DNA of 64,000 nucleotides from Octopus vulgaris (Eukaryota): NCBI GenBank assembly GCA_951406725.2, contig OX597816.1, positions 70,184,001 to 70,248,000 of the forward strand, read 5' to 3'. Shown piece by piece: positions 55,142 to 64,000 of this stretch (position 1 is its first letter; each line of letters starts with the position of its first letter). The notes under the pieces were generated by a model. It saw only the letters and a program-made list of their open reading frames with translations, ran no database searches and was not told where the DNA came from. The position numbers and the translations under genes were made by a program.

Positions 55142-57131
55142 CACAAGGGCAGTACACAGAGTAGCTGCGGGTTGGCCAAGGACATTATTGTGATGAGGGT
55201 GATAACGATAAAAATGAATAAACCCCTCGAAAACCCTGTTCAATTTAAAATTCAAGAATAAAAATTTAATATACAGTAATAAGATACAATTATAAAAATT
55301 TCAAAAACAAAAATTCATTTTTCATTCATCTTCCTCGTCCGGGCCCCCAAGTAAGTTTCCTGCCGCCTGCAGGAAAGCCTGCATTGGCAGGCCCGGACGG
55401 AGGGACACAAAATCGTTATTATTGCAGGTCCTCTTGACCTCAATTAATTCTTCTTGGGGGATGGCCCCCGCAGAAACCTGCGGAGGCCAACATGGACCGT
55501 CTATACAGACCGAGTCGTATCGTTCTCGGTCTAAAAGGCTATCCAAATACATCCCACAAGGCCTACCCTTGACGTAGAAAATGAAAAGTTCCACCTCTTT
55601 CTCACGGGGATGTGTCTCAACCTCCTCTGTCAGTGGCACAATTCCCACTGACAGATCCTCTCGCTCCGGAGGCACACTTCCCACCGGAGGATCATCAGTT
55701 TCGATCGGCGGCGCAGCACCATTCGCCGACTGCGTTCTTTTTCTTTTCTTCTTTCTTTACCCGGTTGCGGGAGTCGGAGCCTCCACCGGCACCCCGGGGG
55801 GTCTCTCTCCTCTCCCGCAACCTGCACCTCACCTGGTGGGCAACTACCGTTGCTCACCTTCCTCTTCCTCTTTGTCGAGACCGACCCCTCAACGACCACC
55901 CCCACCTCTCACTTCAATGGGAGAGCGGAGTGCATCTTCACCTTTCCCTGCTCCGGGGCATTACTACAGACCCTTGGGCAGCCCTTTTTAATGTAGGCCA
56001 ACTCCAAGCACGAGTGACACTTGAGGTGGGGATGACCCTCAAGTATCACTGGATACCTGGAGCCAGCCATTTTCAAAAAGTCAGGGAAACTCATTTCACC
56101 CGCGGCCACTGGGGTCCATAGAGTCAAAGTAATCTTTGCACCCTCCCAGCTGACTGCAGGCGTCACCTTCACGTCTTAGAGTCTGGGCCTACTATCTCAC
56201 AGGCCCCACCGGATGGCATCTACGATCCACCCCGCTTCGGTGCCCGGGGACAGCCCACATACCCAAGTTCGTATCACCTTCTTCCCACTTAATGTGGAAG
56301 AAACAGAATTTCTTCGCCTTGCAGGGGCTGGCTAGCCACACCACCAGCTTCCTCAGGGGAGTCAAACAGCAGCCACACCGTGGATATTTGACTCTCCTGG
56401 CTATAAACTATTTTTTAGCTTGAAAACACCTTGCCAGTTCTTTTTCTATGATACCCCTATCGCAGGGGGCGATGGCATGAAGCCACCTAGAATAGATCCG
56501 TATTACCACCGTTCTCCTCTCAAGGCTTTCAATCCATTACTTAGGTGGGACAACCTCCCACTCTAAGGCACGTTTTGTATTTGTCATGTTAAAAATCAGT
56601 TCAAAAGGAGAAAGAAAGTCCAAATAAATTAAGAAGAAGTCCAAAAAGAAATAAACAAGTCAGTCTAAAAATGAATAAAAAATAAAAATCCAAAAGAAAC
56701 GTGAAAACAGTTCCAAAAGAAAAAAATACAGAAGGATAGTGAAAAGAAAAACAGTTCACACAGCGAACATCAATGACCAACAGGTACTCCTGGCCAACTT
56801 CGTAGGTTCAATGGTAATCCAACAAGTTTCAATGGCAAAGTCCAATACGGTCGAGCGAGGATACGCCCACATTTTTTTCCAATACAACAGAACAACAAAC
56901 AGCTGTCCCGACAGCAGGCACAATTACCCCGGAAATAGGCGAAATTCATCAACAAACAAACAATTACTATTTGACAAATTACACCCAGCTCAAACGAAAC
57001 CAAAACCACCTAGCTCGACGACCTTATGCCGCTGTTGTTCTTTTTTCTTTCAGTTAAATATTGGATGGAGCCAACACACTCACGTCCACCTCGGTTCCCT
57101 GTAATAAGCAACACCAACGCGCATGTGCGGG
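55142..57131 (-). mobile_element. ORF1-only retroelement inserted into a SINE, with an 8-bp TSD
   Basis: aagcaagc at 55134-55141 and 57132-57139 splits the SINE motif gtaagcaagctacttaccac; decayed ORF with the zinc-knuckle-like KCHSCLELAYIKKGCP. Confidence 0.7.
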
Positions 57132-58439
57132 AAGCAAGCTACTTACCACACAGCCACTCTTACGCCTATATTTATTTATTCGCATTACAAAAATTTTACA
57201 TTATAATATTTTCTGAAAGTCAACTATAGCAAAGATTTTATACCAAGACATCAAGGACGACATCAAATTTTCTATATAAGTGTGTACCTTAAATGACTTC
57301 GATTACTCTGTATGTTTTAAGGAATTACATTCTCTCTCATACGCACACGCACACGCACACACATATATAAAAAGATGTATGCATATGTATTCATCTATGT
57401 GTACATGAAGGATGTGTATGTGTGTGAGACAGAGAGAGACCGAGCGAGTGCCGCTTACACATACATGACAAGACATATCTTCACTCACGCAGTCTCTCTC
57501 TCTCTCTCATTCCCTGTCTCACACGCAGGTCCATTTCACATACACGTACATACCCCCACACACACACGCCCATTTCACATACATGCATATACCCACACAC
57601 ACACACACGTCCATTCCACATACACGTACATACATCTTTCTCTTTCTCCTATTTTTCACTTTCTGCTCTCACTTCAAAGCAAACGTCGTGGTTTCACTTT
57701 CTCTTCTCTTTCAATTTCAGCTTTCTTCAAAGCATAAAGAAATAATTTTTGAAAAGGAACTGAGTTGCCAATTTTGACGAGTGGAATATCAAAAATTCAG
57801 TAATATTTTGGCCAGTAAAGTACCTTATTTGCATTTACATATTTGCATTACAAAAATTTAACATCTGTCTATAATTCAACTATCCTAAACGAAATTGTAT
57901 ACCAAGACGACGACGACGTCACATTTTCTATATGAGTGTGTGCCTTAAAAGACGTCCATTTCTCTATAAATTATGAGGAAATACAATCACTCACTTTCTC
58001 ACATGCAAACGCAGACACACAGAAAGATAATGTGTGTGAGAGAAATAAAGAGAAAGAGCGAGAGCGGGAGAAAGGTAGTGAAGACCACTTACACATACAT
58101 GCAAAAGATTACATACATGAAAACACACATTTCATTCATTCTCCCTCTCTTTCATACGGACACACACACGCATGCGCACACACACGTCTATTTCATATGC
58201 AAGTAGATACATCTTTCACTTTCTCCTCCCTTTGCATTTCTGCAACCAGTTCAAATCAAATGTCGCGTTTTCACTCTCTCCTCTTTTTCAATTTCTACTC
58301 TCTTCAAAGCATAAAGATATTAAAAAAATTCATACGGAAATTAAAGAACAATCATACGATCTACCATATGAAACACTCAACAACATTCCTGCTTCAAAAG
58401 AAAGGCTGCCGTAAAATATCATACTTTGGCGTACACACG

Positions 58440-58505
<66 letters not shown>

Positions 58506-59010
58506 GTGAAACTTTTTTATATATTATGTTATTTCTTGCTATGTGCACGCGCAAAATTACAGCCGAAATACAATTGAAATCATGTATTTCTATTCTGTAA
58601 TTCGTGAATTCTCTCTCTCTGTATATATTTACATACATACTTAGAAACGCACGTATGCTTGGGCACATGCACTAATCTTACAAATGTGTGTGTGTGTTTG
58701 TGTTTGTGCGCGTGTGTGTCTGTGTGTTGCATTTGTGTGCATGTGTGTGTGTGTTTGTGTGTGTGCGCGTGTGTGTGCGTGTATATGTATCTCTCTATGT
58801 AGTGGTGTTTTCCTTTTTCTTTGAAAATGCATGCAAGGAGATAATGGCCAGGATCTTTACCTGTAAACGTGACACTTGACACAAGGAAGAAAGTAAGTGT
58901 AATCTCAATAATTACTATTTTGAAGGTTTATAATAAAACTTTCATTGAAATAAACAAGCGATAAACAACTCGGAATGTATTGTATTTGTGACAGCTTGGC
59001 GTAGGATTCT

Positions 59011-59061
59011 TATATAAGAGCATTGTTACCTTCTGCACCACATATGAAGAAGCACTTACTG
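59011..59061 (+). promoter_or_regulatory. TATA box and non-coding exon 1, copy 6
   Basis: Same motif and spacing as 48360-48410. Confidence 0.7.
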
Positions 59062-59406
59062 GTAAGTTTCATTCTTCCTATCTTCACATCTATTTATATC
59101 TATCTATCTCTCTATATATCTTACTGCTTGTCTCCGTCTATCTCTATATACCTATCTTTGTATCTATTTGTCTATCTATCTATCTTCATCCATCATTTTC
59201 TTTAGTCATTAGACTGCAATCCTGGCAGTTTAACACGAACAGTTTGCCCACACTATTGAGCATCGTACTAACTGCCTCCTTTTAGTTAAGTTTAATGTTT
59301 GTTGATATTTATGTATATATATTTATATGCATATATAAATATACATATATATGTGGACATATACATACAAATATATGTTGGTATTTATAAATTTTACAGG
59401 TTCAAC

Positions 59407-59470
59407 ATGAATTCTACACTTTCTCTCATCTTCTTCTTGGGAATATACATGATGATTGCCCTGACCGAAG
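59407..59470 (+). CDS. Secreted Cys-rich peptide, copy 6, exon 2 (signal peptide)
   Basis: ttttacag|gttcaac ATG; MNSTLSLIFFLGIYMMIALTE plus G|gtaaga. Confidence 0.85.
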
Positions 59471-61356
59471 GTAAGAAAACTGGTCACCCATTCGTTAAAT
59501 GATTTTTCGACCTTTGTCTATTTGCGCATGCAAATCTAGTTTTAGTGCAGACTTTTCATAACTGTCTAGAATCAATTTTCCTGAGAATTACAATTCATAC
59601 ATTATGCTTTCTTAAAAAATTCCCTATATATGAGATTCATTTTATAGATAAGATATATCTTAATATAATCCTTAATCAATCCCTTCAGTTCAGTTTGTTC
59701 CCTTCACTCTTATTGCTTCCTATTCATGTCTGCTTCAGCAGACCACATCTCAACATTCACTTCGAGCAATTTCATCTCACCAATAATATTCCATTCGACG
59801 AAATTCCTTAGCTCTATCCTTTCATTGGTCCGAATCACACAATTACCGATTGTTCCTTTAGGTTGGACTTAGTTCTCCATAAGTGCGATTGTGATTATCA
59901 CACGGCTATGTAAATACCACATTTGGAACTAAACATAACATACTGAAACACATAATAAACGCAATCGCACACATACATTACACATACGCTCACACGACAT
60001 ACACCACACAAGTATACTAAGCAAAAATTCTTCTTTTATTAAAACTCTTAATGCAACACGGAACCAAAATGTGCCTCTTCTGATTAAATGCAGATGAATG
60101 TTGGTTGCGGTGCCCTTTTCATGACTCTCAAAACCCGTCGTTCATTGCTACATTGAGCGTTATTCATTTTGTCTTTACTGGAATGCGTAACGAATAATCG
60201 ATTATTACAGGCCAAGATTCCATTGCCAATTGCAGTATCACATATATGATGGAAACCAAAATAAAGAATAAGTTTTTTCATGATTTTGAGCATTTCCTCA
60301 TTCTCAGAGACTATTTCCAAAGATATAATCACTGGAAACTTTTATTCTAAGAAGAAACACATTCCGTCTTATACACAATTGAAAACATATCAGTCCAATA
60401 TCAAAAACGATGTAATGCATTTTATAAGAATGCTTAATCATTTCCTTCAGTAGAAACCTCAAGAACGCTGTTCTATCTGTCAAACAGTTCTAAATGAATC
60501 TCATGAAATCACTGGGTACCATATATTTGTAACGTTTGTCGATATTACTATCAAGAAACATGATATATCTTGCTGAAATCATCCTAATAAGTGTCATCAG
60601 TATGATCTCTCTTTTACAGTTTCAATCCTTCTCTTAACCTATTTATTCAATATTTCGTTATTTGAGCTGCTACTCTCTAGAATACACTTTACATTTTAGT
60701 TTTCTCAGAATCGTGAAAATTTGGAATGTCCTATTTGAGATCCCGAGTCTGTGTAGATGTACATTAAGAACGTCTCTTCCAGCTGTATTATCACCGTCAC
60801 TTAAAACATAACGTTCTATGAAAATCATCAATTGGTTTTTCTAATATATTGATCACTGTCGTTGAAAGTGAGTAAATATTTTCGTAGGAGTAAACGTCTC
60901 GCATTTTTATTTTAAATAAAAGCGATGGTGTCTCTATTACAGCAATATAATGTTGAGTGTAAATCGCTTCATGGAATTCATCCAAATTGTCAAATAATTT
61001 AGAGCACTTAAATACATGAAAAACAGAACAATTAAAATCATAGCAGTCAAATCAACTAATTTTGTGTCGTCTACAATAAAGATAAAAGTAGGAAGTTCAA
61101 ACGACAAATTGGTATGGGTAATAGGTGACAGAATAATGGAGTTATTTAGGATATTATAGAGAGATATATGCGTTGAGAGTAAATTGTTTTAAACGGTGGA
61201 CACGTTGAACGTTGACCTGCGCAGTAGAAACAGCGTAAAGCAGGTTTAAAGAAAGAGATGAATCTAATGAATGTAGTAAGATGCAATGTATCTTTAAATT
61301 CGTTTTTAAATATCATAAAATGCTATTTAATGACTTCTCGTATTTTCTAATTTTAG

Positions 61357-61550
61357 CCGGTGAAGTGGCATGTCGATATGATTGCAAGCCTGAGCTTACG
61401 AGCAAGAATATTGCTCTTACTTATGATTCTATGGAGAAGTGTCGTCGAGAGCACTGCAAATGTCGATATAATTGCTATTATAAATATTTCCACAGAGGAA
61501 TGATATACCAGTATGAAAAGTGTGCCAGGGCTTGTCCAGATCCAAAATAA
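61357..61550 (+). CDS. Secreted Cys-rich peptide, copy 6, exon 3
   Basis: As copy 5 except T24S. Confidence 0.85.
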
Positions 61551-64000
61551 AAAGGAAAGCAAAGGAAAACCAATGCAGCAGCCTGTACAGAGATTGAACT
61601 GCTTGCAAAGTTGATGTTATACTACATACATAATTGTCAAAATGATTCAGTAAAACGATGCTACGCACTTATTGGCCACATCGTCAAATGATTAACGGTT
61701 TCTGTCGATTTACAATGAGCAACCTAGTAGATAATATTTCTGTGAATAACCATAGAGCGGCGTTGTATTTTAAAAGATTGAATAAAGAAAAATTACAAAC
61801 ATATCATCTGGTCTATTGGTGCTCTATCTTTGCTCATGTCCTGCATATGTGAACCTCCTTCAGCACTCTCGGTTTCACCTGGTAATGCCCGTTCATAACC
61901 TGTCGCTTTTTAATAGGTTATTGGAAATTCGCTTAAAATGAATAAACTATAGATGTATACAACCCTAGTTTGTTGTTGCTTTCTCCAGGCAGCTGGGATT
62001 TGAACTCAAGGCGCAATGAATCGAAAAATATGCATTAAAATATATCTGCCGACGCGTCATTGTTTCTGTTACACTTCCACCTTTAGAGGAACACGAAATG
62101 AAGTATTTTGCTCAAGAAATGAGGGTGTCACCCAATCTAACCATCGTACATGTGCATCGCTGATCACTGGGAAACGTACCTTCGCACGTTAGGGATACTT
62201 ACTGTGTAATAGACTGTTATGACGGCTTTAAGCGGCTCGGCTGACAAACTATAAAGTTAAAATAGTAGTTAAATTACCAGAATAAAATCGTTCAATTTTA
62301 TCTTTTATCGATATACTTAATATTTAAAATAGCTGTTAAAATAGCAGTTATAGAACAGTTAAAATTGGAGAATACAGACTCTAAGATTTCTTGGACCCTT
62401 AGAGTAACCTTTTTCTTTTCAGCTGAGTGAAATGAAGCTGGCGGTAAATTTTTTAGATGAATTTGTTTGAAGTCAAAGCCTTCTAAAACGTTCCCCGTTT
62501 CTTAAAGTGATGAAACTGAAATTACCTTCAGCCAAATTAACTTCTATTGACCACACTTTTCATTTTCCGTTTATTCTTCTGCAACATTTGAAAGCGATTG
62601 ACGTAATTGTGAAATGTGAGGCTATATAAAATCTGCAAATAATATATTCTTTTATTATTTTGTAAATCTTTGTCATTAACAGGTGCTTCATCCTCCCAAA
62701 TTTTGATATAAATAAGGAGACCCCCACTTTGTTGATGCCCTATTCGGCAAAGATAATGTGTGATGTTCTAAAAACTGAATTTTTTTTTTGCTACAATCTC
62801 TTCAGTGTATTCCATGATCAGAATATTCAATAATAACAGTAACGTCATTTATACACGAAGCACTTGTTTTGACAATTTGAATATAAATATTTTTCTGAAC
62901 AAATTTTGATGTACCGAATGTATTGTTTGAAGAAATAAATAAAACTCTAAGACACAAAATCTGTAGAAACAGCTTCGAAGATCGGTAAATAACCTTAGAA
63001 ACGCAAAAGTTTGGCCAGCAAGCCGCTGCAAATTATCGAGACTCTTAACACTAAAATTCTGGCTACCTGTGCCATTAAGTTGCATGACCCCTGATAACAG
63101 ATACGGTCTTTATAAGAAAGATCATCATCAGCAGCATCAGTAGCATCATCATCATCGCAAAAAGTGTTGTCAGACTTTAGCAAAATTAAGGTGTTTGCAT
63201 TCAGCGTCTATACCCATAATACATTGCCATGAAGAATGTTATAATTTTGCAGAAGCTATGGCAAATAACTTTAAATTCTTCAAAACCAGAGTTCCATCAA
63301 AGAAATTATTTTCTCCAGGATAATCGGTTATTTTTTTCTTTACTGGATAATGATCTATACCACTTTAAATCTGTGTGATGTGACAGAAAAATGTCTGTAA
63401 TTTTATCCTCAATTCGGTGTGGGGACACACACACTCACACACACGCACATACACACACACACTGGCACACACACACAAGCGTGCGCGCGAACTTCAATTT
63501 CAAAGCGGATCAACGGTTCATCTGGAGTCATAAGCTCCTGAGGCCGGTTTACCAAAATATGTGGTGTCTCTATCGCTACTCTCTGAACTGAACTCCGTAT
63601 TGTCGCCGAGTTACCTATTTTTCCCAACTGTTTGGACTGTAGCAACGTGAAATGAATTGCTGAGGCCAAGAATACGATGCTTCGCCGACTCCAATAATCC
63701 AACCCAGAAGATTGCAATCAAGATTGCAAAACACTAAGTTACACACCTTGTGTGTGTATGTGTATACATATATGAATATATTATGTATACACATAATATA
63801 CACGTGAAAGCACGTGGTTGGATATATATAAAAAAAACAAAAGAGTGAAAAGACTACAGAAGGCTTGTTTTATAAGGTTAAAGAATATATTTAAGTCGTT
63901 ATGTTAGAAAAATGTTAGAAAATTTTGTGTATAGTAACATAGATTTGGGGGAAAGACCGGTTTTGTGTAAACTTTTCAATTTCTCAAATTTCTTTACCTA

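Larger units (their letters stand above)
47030..64000 (+). repeat. Recent tandem segmental duplication with a period of about 10.65 kb (about 47030-53354 = about 57695-64000)
   Basis: Paired ORFs at 50629/61281, 52198/62849 and 52344/62995; near-identical sequence. Confidence 0.95.

Overview
AT-rich animal genomic DNA full of microsatellites; the SINE and microsatellite content suggests an octopus (inference). Almost all ORFs in the supplied track are low-complexity artefacts. Two real systems stand out. (1) A tandem and inverted cluster of a three-exon gene for a small secreted peptide: TATA box plus non-coding exon, a signal-peptide exon with a phase-1 intron, and a 63-aa exon with 8 Cys arranged as two internal CxxxC...Cxxx(x)C repeats. 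There are three complete copies (one minus strand, two plus strand), an extra intact mature-peptide exon with no signal exon of its own, two disabled signal exons and an orphan promoter. The coding exon has diverged more than the adjacent intron. I do not recognise the family. (2) Several non-coding tandem repeats of about 0.5-0.6 kb, each unit carrying a type I hammerhead ribozyme motif, some with an inverted partial copy (retrozyme-like or Penelope-derived). Other elements: a decayed Penelope element with a nested R4/Dong-like LINE, a Tx1/L1-like 3' fragment, an ORF1-only retroelement with an 8-bp TSD, a mariner, a Helitron-like element, Chapaev-like fossils and many SINEs.
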